Shown piece by piece: positions 29,180 to 38,538 of a stretch of DNA of 64,000 nt. The notes beneath the pieces are model-generated. The model was not told the DNA's origin and did no database searches. It was given only the letters and a program-made list of their open reading frames with translations. The position numbers were made by a program, and so were the translations under genes. The stretch lies in the NCBI GenBank assembly GCA_040377305.1, contig JBEIPA010000009.1, positions 96,001 through 160,000 on the forward strand. Direction: 5' to 3'. Numbering within the stretch: the stretch's first letter is position 1; every line of letters begins with the position of its first letter. Source of the DNA: Flavobacteriales bacterium. GTDB lineage: Bacteria; Bacteroidota; Bacteroidia; Palsa-965.

Positions 29180-30130
29180 ATGAAGAATGCATTGCTGATT
29201 TGGACGGGAGTATTGCTTTCGGGTATTTTAACAGCCCAAACAACACTCACATTACAGCCGGGCGCAAGTGCCGGATGCGACGCTACATTAGGGTTTCATA
29301 CTAACTACAACAAGGATCTGAATTACGGCGACCAGCCGCACATAAAGATGTTTTGCGTACCAGGCTATTCAGGTGGTAACAACACGTGTCGCGCGTTGAT
29401 CAGTTTTGATTTAGCAAAAATTCCAGCAGGCGCAACAATTACGTCTGCTAAGCTTACGCTGTATGCCGCAGGAAAAATTAACGATAAGTTGCCGGGCCAT
29501 TACGGCAATAACACCGTTACGATTAGTCGTGTTACTTCTCCCTGGACAGAATTCGGTGTGAAATGGAACACGGCACCTTCATTTACATCAAAGAATGCAG
29601 TAGCTCTGCAACGCAGCACTGACCCAAATCAGAACTACACGGTTGATGTATTGTTACTTGTCAAAGACATGATCGCAGCAAAGACACCGGGTTATGGATT
29701 TTATTTCGCGCTTAATAAAGAGGATCCTGCATCACCAGCGGCCATGTGTTTCAATTCCAGTGACCATCCGGATGCATCGCGCCACCCGAAGTTGGAAATT
29801 GTGTACACGATGCCCGGTTTGAAAAAGTCGGCAGCATCGTCTCAACCACCACGGAAAGTAGTCGCTGCGAGTCCGGGTCCTGCGAAACCTTCAGACATTC
29901 GATCTGATTCAGTAATGTCTCAGGACTCACTCGTTATCAAAACCGGTGAACTAACGAATGCACTGATCAAGGTGTATGCAGCTGACGGCAAGCTTGTGAA
30001 ATCCATCCAGTACAAAGGAGTTCTCTCTACGTATTATGTCCCTATCGGAGATTTACCCAAAGGCACATACACGATTGATATTCACTCCGACAAAGAGAAA
30101 GGGACGTTGAAGTTTGTGAAGAAGGAGTAA
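29180..30130 (+). CDS. Single DNRLRE-like domain protein with eroded T9SS CTD
   Basis: Paralog of the upstream gene; CTD lacks the YPNP start. Confidence 0.75.
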   Translation: MKNALLIWTGVLLSGILTAQTTLTLQPGASAGCDATLGFHTNYNKDLNYGDQPHIKMFCVPGYSGGNNTCRALISFDLAKIPAGATITSAKLTLYAAGKINDKLPGHYGNNTVTISRVTSPWTEFGVKWNTAPSFTSKNAVALQRSTDPNQNYTVDVLLLVKDMIAAKTPGYGFYFALNKEDPASPAAMCFNSSDHPDASRHPKLEIVYTMPGLKKSAASSQPPRKVVAASPGPAKPSDIRSDSVMSQDSLVIKTGELTNALIKVYAADGKLVKSIQYKGVLSTYYVPIGDLPKGTYTIDIHSDKEKGTLKFVKKE

Positions 30131-30152
30131 GAAGAAGCAACAATCAATAATG

Positions 30153-30178
30153 AAAAAAGGCTCCACATGGGAGCCTTT
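30153..30178. terminator. Bidirectional terminator closing the atp operon
   Basis: AAAAAAGGCTCC-ACATG-GGAGCCTTT. Confidence 0.75.
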
Positions 30179-30199
30179 CTCGTAATCTATAAACTTCGA

Positions 30200-31075
30200 T
30201 TATCCTTTCAACGCTTCCGCACCGCCCACAATTTCCAAAATCTCATTGGTGATTGCAGTCTGACGTGCTTTGTTGTAAGAAATTTTCAGCGCCTTCAGAA
30301 GGTCTTTCGCGTTGTCTGTTGCTTTGTGCATTGCTGTCATACGTGCACCGTGTTCTGATGCGAATGAATCGAGCAGGCCTTTGTACAACTGTGTCTTGAG
30401 CGAACGCGGAATGAGATCCTGTACGATTTCTTCTTTGCGTGGCTCGAAGATGTAATCGGCTTTGGCTGCTTTCGTTGCACCTTTTGTAGGTTCAACAGGA
30501 AGGAAAGCCTCTGCCTGTGTAATCTGTACTGCTGCGTTTTTGAACTGGTTGTAGTAAAGAACAACTTTGTCAAACTCGCCATCAGCAAACGACTTCATGA
30601 TGCGTTCTGCAACCGGTGCAGTTTTCACATAGCTCATGCCATCGAACAATTCATTGGTATTACCAAGTTCGGGGAACGCAGCCGTGTATTTTGTTCTGCG
30701 GAAGAAATCGTTGCCCTTCTTACCAATAGCGAGGTAAGAAATCTGTGCGTTCGAAAAATTCTCGCGGATATCGCTAACCACTTTCTTAATGACAGAAGAG
30801 TTGAATCCTCCGCAAAGACCGCGGTTAGAAGTGATCACTACTACGAGCACTTTCTTTACATCGCGTTTGCGGGAATAAACTCCTTCGCTGCTATCAAGAC
30901 TTGCGCTGAGGTTCTCGAGGATCTCACGCAACTTCTGTGCATACGGACGCATTTGTGTAACTGCATCCTGCGCACGACGAAGCTTCGCTGCAGAAACCAT
31001 TTTCATAGCAGAAGTAATCTGCTGTGTTGATGACACTGAGGTGATCCTGTTTCGTACTTCCTTTAAACTTGGCAT
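30200..31075 (-). CDS. atpG: ATP synthase F1 gamma
   Basis: ITSAMKMVSAAKL, RGLCGGFN, SEHGARMTAM. Confidence 0.98.
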   Translation of the reverse strand: MPSLKEVRNRITSVSSTQQITSAMKMVSAAKLRRAQDAVTQMRPYAQKLREILENLSASLDSSEGVYSRKRDVKKVLVVVITSNRGLCGGFNSSVIKKVVSDIRENFSNAQISYLAIGKKGNDFFRRTKYTAAFPELGNTNELFDGMSYVKTAPVAERIMKSFADGEFDKVVLYYNQFKNAAVQITQAEAFLPVEPTKGATKAAKADYIFEPRKEEIVQDLIPRSLKTQLYKGLLDSFASEHGARMTAMHKATDNAKDLLKALKISYNKARQTAITNEILEIVGGAEALKG

Positions 31076-31136
31076 TGTAAGTTATGAGTTGGGAGGGAGG
31101 AGGGAGGAGTTGAAGCTCCCTCTTCCATCGTACTTA
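31076..31136. repeat. Degenerate inverted 7-mer arrays between atpA and atpG
   Basis: TGTAAGT TATGAGT TGGGAGG GAGGAGG GAGGAGT ... CTCCCTC TTCCATC. Confidence 0.55.
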
Positions 31137-32717
31137 TTATGCTTTATATTTCGCAGAGATTTCTTTTGCTGCTGCTTCGATTTTGCCAGTGATAGCGTCG
31201 TCGATTTTGCCAGCCTTCAATTCATTCATTACATCAGCATGTTTGCTGCGCATGTATGTCAGGAAGTCTGTTTCGAACTCTTTCACTTTGTTTACCGGAA
31301 CGTCGCGCAACAATCCTTTTGTTCCGCAGTAGATAATTGCAACCTGGTCTTCTACACGGAAAGGTGAGAACTGACCTTGTTTCAGAATTTCTACGTTACG
31401 TGAACCTTTGTCGATTACCGCTTTCGTAGCAGCATCCAAATCAGATCCGAATTTCGAGAAGGCTTCAAGTTCGCGGTACTGTGCCTGGTCAAGTTTCAAT
31501 GTACCAGATACTTTCTTCATCGACTTGATCTGAGCGTTACCACCCACACGCGATACAGAAATACCTACGTTGATCGCAGGACGTACACCCGCGTTGAACA
31601 AGTTCGACTCAAGGAAGATCTGTCCGTCTGTAATCGAAATTACGTTCGTTGGAATGTAAGCCGATACGTCACCCGCTTGCGTTTCAATGATAGGAAGTGC
31701 AGTGAGTGAACCACCACCTTTTACCATGTGACGGATTGACTCCGGAAGATCGTTCATTTCTCTTGCTACTTTGTCTGATGCGTTCACTTTCGCAGCACGC
31801 TCGAGGAGACGTGAGTGAAGATAGAATACGTCACCAGGATATGCTTCACGTCCCGGAGGGCGACGAAGAAGAAGTGATACCTCGCGGTAAGCTACAGCTT
31901 GTTTTGAAAGATCATCAAATACGATCAACGCAGGACGGCCGGTATCGCGGAAGAACTCACCGATTGCAGCACCCGTCATTGGAGCGTAGAACTGCATTGG
32001 TGCAGGATCAGATGCAGTTGAAGCAACTACACACGTGTATGCCATTGCACCCGCATCTTCGAGTACGCGTACAACACCCGCAACAGTTGATCCTTTCTGA
32101 CCAATTGCAACATATATACAGAATACAGGATTTCCTGCTTCGTAGAATTCTTTCTGGTTGATGATTGTGTCGATACACACAGCAGATTTACCAGTCTGAC
32201 GGTCACCAATCACAAGCTCACGCTGACCACGGCCGATTGGAATCATCGCGTCGATCGCTTTGATACCAGTCTGCAACGGCTCAGTTACCGGCTGACGATA
32301 AATAACACCTGGAGCTTTACGCTCGAGTGGCATTTCGTAAGTCTCTCCCTGGATAGGGCCTTTTCCGTCGATAGGATTTCCAAGTGTATCAACTACACGA
32401 CCCAACATTCCTTCACCAACTTTGATGGAAGCAATGCGGCCAGTGCGTTTAACACTTGAACCTTCACGAATTTCAGTTGAAGTACCGAGCAATACGGCAC
32501 CAACGTTGTCTTCTTCAAGGTTAAGAGCGATGCCCTGTAATCCGTTTTCGAATTCGATAAGCTCACCGTAACCTACGTTTGAAAGTCCGTAGATACGAGC
32601 GATTCCGTCACCCACCTGGAGTACAGATCCTACTTCTTCGAGTTCTTTTGCCGACTTGAATCCTGCGAGTTGCTGACGGAGGATTGCGGAAACTTCCGCT
32701 GGTTTTACTTCTGCCAT
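31137..32717 (-). CDS. atpA: ATP synthase F1 alpha
   Basis: [29 protein letters not shown]. Confidence 0.99.
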   Translation of the reverse strand: MAEVKPAEVSAILRQQLAGFKSAKELEEVGSVLQVGDGIARIYGLSNVGYGELIEFENGLQGIALNLEEDNVGAVLLGTSTEIREGSSVKRTGRIASIKVGEGMLGRVVDTLGNPIDGKGPIQGETYEMPLERKAPGVIYRQPVTEPLQTGIKAIDAMIPIGRGQRELVIGDRQTGKSAVCIDTIINQKEFYEAGNPVFCIYVAIGQKGSTVAGVVRVLEDAGAMAYTCVVASTASDPAPMQFYAPMTGAAIGEFFRDTGRPALIVFDDLSKQAVAYREVSLLLRRPPGREAYPGDVFYLHSRLLERAAKVNASDKVAREMNDLPESIRHMVKGGGSLTALPIIETQAGDVSAYIPTNVISITDGQIFLESNLFNAGVRPAINVGISVSRVGGNAQIKSMKKVSGTLKLDQAQYRELEAFSKFGSDLDAATKAVIDKGSRNVEILKQGQFSPFRVEDQVAIIYCGTKGLLRDVPVNKVKEFETDFLTYMRSKHADVMNELKAGKIDDAITGKIEAAAKEISAKYKA

Positions 32718-32723
32718 TTTTGA

Positions 32724-32831
32724 AAGTAATTAAGTATCTAAGTTTTTAAGTACGCAAGTAATCTATTCATTCATCTGGGAGTGCTAAGTCTGCAGGCTTT
32801 TTTACTTGCCTACTTAATTACTTTCCGACTT
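32724..32831. repeat. Inverted 8-mer arrays (AAGTAnnn / nnnTACTT) between atpH and atpA
   Basis: AAGTAATT AAGTATCT AAGTTTTT AAGTACGC AAGTAAT ... TTTTACTT GCCTACTT AATTACTT TCCGACTT. Confidence 0.8.
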
Positions 32832-33390
32832 AAATCTCCGATATGTAAGGATTTTCGCTGAAATTTCTTTCGAGGTTGCGAATCTGGCGAAGGACAGAAG
32901 CGTCAACTTGTTTATCGCCGACACGAAGAATGAATCCTCCGAGCAGCGCTTTATCTGTTTTCTCAACGAGCTCAATAGACTTATCACCCGCCGATTGTTT
33001 AACCACTTCCAATACCTGCGCGCGAAGCTTATCATCAAGCCCGGTTGCAGAAGTAATAACCGCGGTTAATACCTGTTTATGTTTTTTGTACTGCGACACA
33101 AATGCTTCTGCAATTCCTTCCAGCTCACCTTCACGACGTTTGCGTGTGAGGATGTTCATGAATTCTGTGGAAATCACACCGATGTTTCCTCCGAAAATCG
33201 CTTTCAGGATATCCAGTTTCTTGTCGGTTTTAACCACGGGGCTATTCAGCAGGATCGACAAATCGCGGTTTGCACGTATTGTTTCGAGCACCAGGCGCAT
33301 ATCTTCATGCACTGGCTCAAGTTGTCCTTTTTCAAGGGCAAGGTCAAGCAGTGATTTCGCATAGCGATGTGAAACTCTTGTTTGTTGCAT
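32830..33390 (-). CDS. atpH: ATP synthase F1 delta
   Basis: RYAKSL, LLGGFILRVGDKQVDASV. Confidence 0.96.
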   Translation of the reverse strand: MQQTRVSHRYAKSLLDLALEKGQLEPVHEDMRLVLETIRANRDLSILLNSPVVKTDKKLDILKAIFGGNIGVISTEFMNILTRKRREGELEGIAEAFVSQYKKHKQVLTAVITSATGLDDKLRAQVLEVVKQSAGDKSIELVEKTDKALLGGFILRVGDKQVDASVLRQIRNLERNFSENPYISEI

Positions 33391-33391
33391 G

Positions 33392-33901
33392 TTAGTTCAG
33401 TTTCACTGATTTAAGCATGTCGCCAATAAGCTCTTTCTGTTTGTTCTCAGAAGAAAGCTCACGTGCAATAATTTTTTCTGCAATGTCGATTGAAAGCTGA
33501 GCAACCTGATTCTTCAATTCAGTGATCGCAGCCATCTTCTCATTCTGGATTGCTTCACGTGCTGAAGTCAGCATTTTCTCGCCTTCTGCTTTTGCTTTCC
33601 CTTTTGCTTCTGCGATCATCTGTTCGCGAATCTCTCGCGCTTCTTTGATCATCGAGTCGCGTTCGTTGCGTGCAGCCTGAAGAATTTTTTCGTTCTCAGC
33701 TTTGAGGTTGTTCATTTCAGCCTTTGCATTTTCAGCAGACTGAAGAGCATCTTCAATTGACTTCTCACGATCCTTGATCGCTTTCATGATCGGCTTCCAT
33801 GCAAACTTCGCAAGGATAAATAGCACAGTCAGGAAGGTAAGGCTCATCCAGAAAATGAGACCGTATTCGAAGGAAACAATGCTTGCAAGTACTCTTGGCA
33901 T
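33392..33901 (-). CDS. atpF: ATP synthase F0 subunit b
   Basis: GLIFW, FAWKPI...I.DRE, coiled coil. Confidence 0.96.
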   Translation of the reverse strand: MPRVLASIVSFEYGLIFWMSLTFLTVLFILAKFAWKPIMKAIKDREKSIEDALQSAENAKAEMNNLKAENEKILQAARNERDSMIKEAREIREQMIAEAKGKAKAEGEKMLTSAREAIQNEKMAAITELKNQVAQLSIDIAEKIIARELSSENKQKELIGDMLKSVKLN

Positions 33902-34023
33902 AACCTTAAGTTTTAATTCTGATCTATTATTCGTGCCCGCAATGCGCAGGCGTTTTTTTCAAAGAGCCGGAACAGGTTACCAACCGTAAACTGTTCCGGT
34001 TTTGTTTTGATCTGGTTTCCCGA

Positions 34024-34272
34024 TTACACGATGAATGTAACAAGTAGACCAATTACCATCGCGAAGAAAGCAGCGCCTTCAACGAGAGCGGCAGTAAGGA
34101 TCATGTTAGCGCGGATATCACCAGCAGCCTCAGGCTGACGAGCGATAGACTCAAGCGCACTACCACCGATGCGGCCGATACCTACACCTGCGCCGAGAGC
34201 AGCAACACCTGCGCCAAGAGCAGCAAGACCGTGTCCGGTTGATGCAGCTTCAAGAAGAATGTTAGACGTCAT
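34024..34272 (-). CDS. atpE: ATP synthase F0 subunit c
   Basis: GxGxG repeats, ARQPE loop, LVEG carboxylate. Confidence 0.97.
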   Translation of the reverse strand: MTSNILLEAASTGHGLAALGAGVAALGAGVGIGRIGGSALESIARQPEAAGDIRANMILTAALVEGAAFFAMVIGLLVTFIV

Positions 34273-34309
34273 TTGAATTTATATTTAGGTTAAAAAAATT
34301 ACGAATTGA

Positions 34310-35479
34310 TTAATGTGCAACGTTTGGTTTGCCGTCGAAGTCTTCCACCAGCGCGTGCTCGTGGTGTTCTTCAACTGCTGAACCGAAATAGATAGCTGAA
34401 AGCAATGTAAATACGTAAGCCTGAATGAACGCAACGAGCAACTCGAGGAAGAACATGAACGTGGTGAACAACCAGGATGCGATACCAACACCGATTCCAG
34501 TGCCTGTGTTTTCTCCATTTTTCGAGAAGATGAAAATCAGTCCGAAGAACGCGAGTGCAATGATGTGACCTGCCGTGATGTTCGCGAACAATCGGATCAT
34601 CAAAACAAACGGACGAAGAACAATACCTAAAATTTCAATCGGTGTAAGAATGATGAGCACCCATGGTGGTACGCCCGGCATTGCGAAAATGTGGCGCCAG
34701 TAGTGACCGTTACCATTGAAAAGTGTGATGACGAACGTTAATGTTGCGAGGACGAGTGCAACTGAAATACTTCCGGTAAGGTTTGCTCCGCCCGGAAGAA
34801 TCGGAATAAGACCGAGCATGTTGCTGAACCAGATAAAGAAGAATGCAGTAAGCAGGTAAGGCATGAACTTTTCATACTTCTTACCGATTGCAGGTTTTGC
34901 AAGATCATCGCGCACGAACATAATGATGGGCTCGAAGAACGACTGCATGCCGCGTGGTGCTTGTCCAGGCTTGCGTGTGTATGCTTTTGCGATGCTCAGG
35001 AATACGAAGCACAGTGCGATCGCAACGATGAACATGCTGGCAACGTTTTTCGTGATTGAAAAATCGATGAGTGTTGCAGTAGCAGTTTCGTTTTCTTTCT
35101 TGAGCACGTCATCCCACACCACTACTTTACCTTCCACGAGGAAGTAAGTGTATTTTTCAGTAGTGTACGCCTTTGGCTCGTGTGTATCGTGATTGATGAA
35201 ATTCGAAGAAGAAAATACGTCAAGGCCTTTATCGCTCTTGATAATTACCGGAAGCGGAATATGAATATCACCTGCAATGTGCCAGTCGTGCGCATCAGCA
35301 ACGTGCTCCATGATCATGTGACCCGGATCGAATTTCTCGTGTCCACCAGCAGTTTGCTCTTCGATGGTATGTGATGTGTCTGCAGAAAGTGTCTCCGGAT
35401 CGTAGGCGTACGAGAAAAGAGGCAATAACAGCGCCGCGAGTACAGCGGCTAAACGAGAAGAAGTCGCACTAAAAATCAT
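34310..35479 (-). CDS. atpB: ATP synthase F0 subunit a
   Basis: IRLFANITAGH, AFIQAYVFTLLS; Bacteroidota N-terminal extension. Confidence 0.97.
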   Translation of the reverse strand: MIFSATSSRLAAVLAALLLPLFSYAYDPETLSADTSHTIEEQTAGGHEKFDPGHMIMEHVADAHDWHIAGDIHIPLPVIIKSDKGLDVFSSSNFINHDTHEPKAYTTEKYTYFLVEGKVVVWDDVLKKENETATATLIDFSITKNVASMFIVAIALCFVFLSIAKAYTRKPGQAPRGMQSFFEPIIMFVRDDLAKPAIGKKYEKFMPYLLTAFFFIWFSNMLGLIPILPGGANLTGSISVALVLATLTFVITLFNGNGHYWRHIFAMPGVPPWVLIILTPIEILGIVLRPFVLMIRLFANITAGHIIALAFFGLIFIFSKNGENTGTGIGVGIASWLFTTFMFFLELLVAFIQAYVFTLLSAIYFGSAVEEHHEHALVEDFDGKPNVAH

Positions 35480-35667
35480 TGACTATCAGTGTTTTATATC
35501 GAATCAGGTGAATTCCCTGAAATTCGAGTGCAAAATTAGGGTATAATCCGAGTGATAGATCAGATTTTGTCAGATTATTTATACAATTCGTCGAGATGTA
35601 GATCAACAGGCATTCCCCTGCCGTTGTTGCAGATTTAGAACGTAGGAAGTCGGGAAATACGGATCCC

Positions 35668-36072
35668 TTATTTCTCAGGGTTCACAGCCGCCTTCTTGGG
35701 ACTTACAGCCGTATATAAAAGGCTGACTTCGAACACGGTAAAGATGAAGTAGAACGCGGCAAACTCTCCGATAAACACCGCTGCATTTTTTCGCGAGAAA
35801 AGGATGAAAACGACCAGAAAGCCGAGGTAGAGGAAAATCTTGATTGTTGTTGCTGCCATAAAACCCTTCACGAAAGATTTTGGGTTTTTTTGAGCGGCTC
35901 TCAGCAGAAACCAATGAACCAATGCGGTAACGCCGGCAAATAGACCGAAAGCCACCCACCCAAACCGGTGAGTATATTGAGCGTCAACACTTTGGTTGTA
36001 TACGTGAAACGCGCCGCCCACGATTAATAGGAAGCCGAGGTAGATGAGGAAGAATCGGGTGATGGAATTCAT
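35668..36072 (-). CDS. Four-TM AtpI-like membrane protein
   Basis: Hydrophobic four-TM profile directly upstream of atpB. Confidence 0.65.
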   Translation of the reverse strand: MNSITRFFLIYLGFLLIVGGAFHVYNQSVDAQYTHRFGWVAFGLFAGVTALVHWFLLRAAQKNPKSFVKGFMAATTIKIFLYLGFLVVFILFSRKNAAVFIGEFAAFYFIFTVFEVSLLYTAVSPKKAAVNPEK

Positions 36073-36101
36073 CGACGCAAAGATAGTCGTGCCACGCCTA
36101 A

Positions 36102-36134
36102 AGACCTTAAAGGTTTTTAAAACCTTTAAGGTCT
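36102..36134. repeat. Perfect 16-bp inverted repeat with 1-nt spacer
   Basis: AGACCTTAAAGGTTTT-T-AAAACCTTTAAGGTCT. Confidence 0.9.
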
Positions 36135-36144
36135 ATGCGCGGGG

Positions 36145-36855
36145 CTACAAGATTAGGCCAATGTATCCGAAATACGCCATCCCCGAATTGTCATACTCCG
36201 GCAGCACCGGCATCATATCGTTTTTGCGCTTCCAAAGCTCGTGGGTTAAATCGTATCGATAAGTTGTGCGGCCACCGAAGTAGAAATTCCCGAAGGTGAG
36301 TCGAAACTCTGCGCGTGCACCGGGCGCAACAAAGGGATTCGTGTATCTCGTTTTTTGTCCGTTGATGGTTCTGCGCATTTTCAGATTACCATACGACCAG
36401 GCAGTGCCAATTGCAAGCGCAACAGTTTCTCCGGGAATGAAATCCCAGGCAAGAAAACTGAATGTGTGGTGCCATCCGCTCAAGCGCAATTGAACCGAAT
36501 CTGCCGGTCCGGCATTTACTTTTTGCGGCAGCATGATTCCGAAACAACCTATGATATCGCTGTGCTTTCCGTTGTTGGAAACATCGTCGAGTCCAATCAT
36601 CATATAGTTGTTGTCGAAACTGCCATGTACACTGGATTGAGCTTCCAGATAATTGTTCAGTGCAGTGGAGTTGAACGGGACGTACATGTATAGTAGTCCC
36701 CTGCCATCGCGTTCATGGTTGTACTTGGGCAAATCTTTCATCATGCCAAAGTGAAGTTGAGGTTTTGTGGCGCGGGGAATTATTTTTTCAATTCCACCAG
36801 CGAAAATATTTAGCGCGAGGAGAGAAAACGAAACGGAGAGTAAAAATGATTTCAT
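36145..36855 (-). CDS. Secreted hypothetical protein, putative beta-barrel (paralog A)
   Basis: Signal peptide; NPFVAPGARAEFR...GGRTTYRYDL...W. Confidence 0.6.
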   Translation of the reverse strand: MKSFLLSVSFSLLALNIFAGGIEKIIPRATKPQLHFGMMKDLPKYNHERDGRGLLYMYVPFNSTALNNYLEAQSSVHGSFDNNYMMIGLDDVSNNGKHSDIIGCFGIMLPQKVNAGPADSVQLRLSGWHHTFSFLAWDFIPGETVALAIGTAWSYGNLKMRRTINGQKTRYTNPFVAPGARAEFRLTFGNFYFGGRTTYRYDLTHELWKRKNDMMPVLPEYDNSGMAYFGYIGLIL

Positions 36856-36895
36856 GTACGATATAAGTTGATGCAAGTTAGTTTTAATCGCAATC

Positions 36896-37567
36896 CTATC
36901 TGTCTTTCCAGTTAAATACATAACCGAGATAGACGATGTACTGCATTTCTCTCGCTTGGTATCCCGGCAATGTTTCGCTCGATCCTTTTTTCCACTGCGA
37001 TTTGGAAATATCGTAACGATACGACCATCTTCCTCCTACAGAAACCGGACCCAATTGAAAACGAAGTTCGGCTCGTAGCATCGGTGCAATGAAAGGGTTC
37101 TTGAACATTTCAAATTGTTTCACATTCCCACCGGCGAAATATTTTCTCATTTTGATGCTGCCCCAGAATACTCCGGGTGCAATTACAAAATCAACTGCAC
37201 GAATTTTGCGAAGAAGATCGAAACCATAAATGCTCGTCATCAATTCCCAGCCGCCGACTTTCAGTTTTGATGAATCTACATTAATGGTCTGGCGCTCGAA
37301 GTAGTGAAAAGCAAAACCACCATCCACCATTCCCCCTCGGGCAATTGCAAGTGAGCCTGTGTGTCCAATTCCGTACGTCCGGAATGGTGTAAACGTGTTA
37401 CTGGCACCTCGTGCAACAAAATAGTCGTTGAGTTGGTAAGGCAGGAAATTGGTGTAACCCGCCTCGATAGTCCATATATCATTGTCCGAAGCAAAACTCC
37501 ACCTCTTGCTTTTAGCAGTGGATGAAATGCAAATCAAGAATGTTAGAGCAAGGAAAATGTGTTTCAT
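36896..37567 (-). CDS. Secreted hypothetical protein, putative beta-barrel (paralog B)
   Basis: Signal peptide; NPFIAPMLRAELR...GGRWSYRYDI...W. Confidence 0.6.
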   Translation of the reverse strand: MKHIFLALTFLICISSTAKSKRWSFASDNDIWTIEAGYTNFLPYQLNDYFVARGASNTFTPFRTYGIGHTGSLAIARGGMVDGGFAFHYFERQTINVDSSKLKVGGWELMTSIYGFDLLRKIRAVDFVIAPGVFWGSIKMRKYFAGGNVKQFEMFKNPFIAPMLRAELRFQLGPVSVGGRWSYRYDISKSQWKKGSSETLPGYQAREMQYIVYLGYVFNWKDR

Positions 37568-37622
37568 GTGGAAAACACCATCAAGATAGGAATTCACTAG
37601 CGTGATCAGTTCAATCCTCGTG

Positions 37623-37853
37623 TCACTTCTTCTTCACGAAATCGCGAATGAAATACCACATGGCTATAACTACGGAAGTAATCGCCAACGTTAACGTGTA
37701 AACAGGAATTTTTTCAGAGAGTGGGTAATTGGCATCAAGCCATCGTCCGGCCAATGTACCGGCGCAGATAATCACAGCCATTGTAGTGGCCATGCCTGCG
37801 TACTTTCCTATATCGCTAGGCAGTTTTTTCTGCGAGTTCTTCTGATTGCTCAT
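37623..37853 (-). CDS. AtpZ/AtpI-family two-TM protein
   Basis: KYAGMA..M...I..G...GRWLD, two TMs. Confidence 0.8.
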   Translation of the reverse strand: MSNQKNSQKKLPSDIGKYAGMATTMAVIICAGTLAGRWLDANYPLSEKIPVYTLTLAITSVVIAMWYFIRDFVKKK

Positions 37854-38235
37854 GCTGGATGCCTTTTACTACGCCACCCATGCTGCACGAACCGGAGAAA
37901 TCAGCACCTGGTTCAATGGCAAGCTTACCGGTAACAATTTCACCGTTTATTTTAGCAGAGTTTTTCAGCGAGAGCAACTCCTGCACGTTCACTTTTCCGC
38001 GAATAGAGCCCGACACGTCGGCGTTCTGACACGTCACTTCACCTTCAACAGATCCTGTAGGACCCACCACGAGCTTGCCACGTGTTTTGAGTGTGCCTTT
38101 GAGATTTCCATCAATGCGGATATCACCTCCTGAAACTACATCACCTTCAATAGTGGTTCCGGAACCGATAATATTGACTGTTCCTGAATCGGGTGTGTTG
38201 TTACGCATTGGCGCTGACGTTTTGTTGTTGAACAT
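37816..38235 (-). CDS. Bactofilin (polymer-forming cytoskeletal protein)
   Basis: IGSGTTIEGDV...IRIDG.LKG...beta-helix repeats...LAIEPGADFSGSC. Confidence 0.93.
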   Translation of the reverse strand: MFNNKTSAPMRNNTPDSGTVNIIGSGTTIEGDVVSGGDIRIDGNLKGTLKTRGKLVVGPTGSVEGEVTCQNADVSGSIRGKVNVQELLSLKNSAKINGEIVTGKLAIEPGADFSGSCSMGGVVKGIQHEQSEELAEKTA

Positions 38236-38239
38236 AGTA

Positions 38240-38538
38240 CAGTAGGCAGTTGGGCAGTAGGGCTGTTGGCAGTCGAACCGCGGTTTATATGAATAGTAAA
38301 GTTAGGGAATACGTTAAAGGCGACAAAAAGAGTTATTGACCGCTGTTAATATCAGTAGGTAGTAAGCCGTTGGACAATAGGCAGGAGCAAAGCCTGGTAT
38401 CAGCTGCGTCGCGATTACAAACGGGACGCGGTTGCGAAGAGTGCAAAAGGAAAAACCCGACCTCGTCAAACGGGTGATGAGACCGGGCTCCATAAATTTC
38501 ATTGGACTGCCAACTGGCCTACTGCCCAACTGCCTACT
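38240..38538. repeat. Inverted CAGTAGG-family arrays (34-bp IR, 2 mismatches) with a third degenerate array inside
   Basis: 38241-38274 vs 38505-38538; extra array at 38353-38384. Confidence 0.92.
38451..38491 (-). terminator. Intrinsic terminator after porW
   Basis: Minus strand CCCGGTCTCATCA-loop-TGACGAGGTCGGG-TTTTT. Confidence 0.7.

Noticed and set aside
30200-35479. Absence of atpD/atpC and long N-terminal extension on AtpB
   Set aside because: Both are common in Bacteroidota; beta and epsilon are typically encoded elsewhere.
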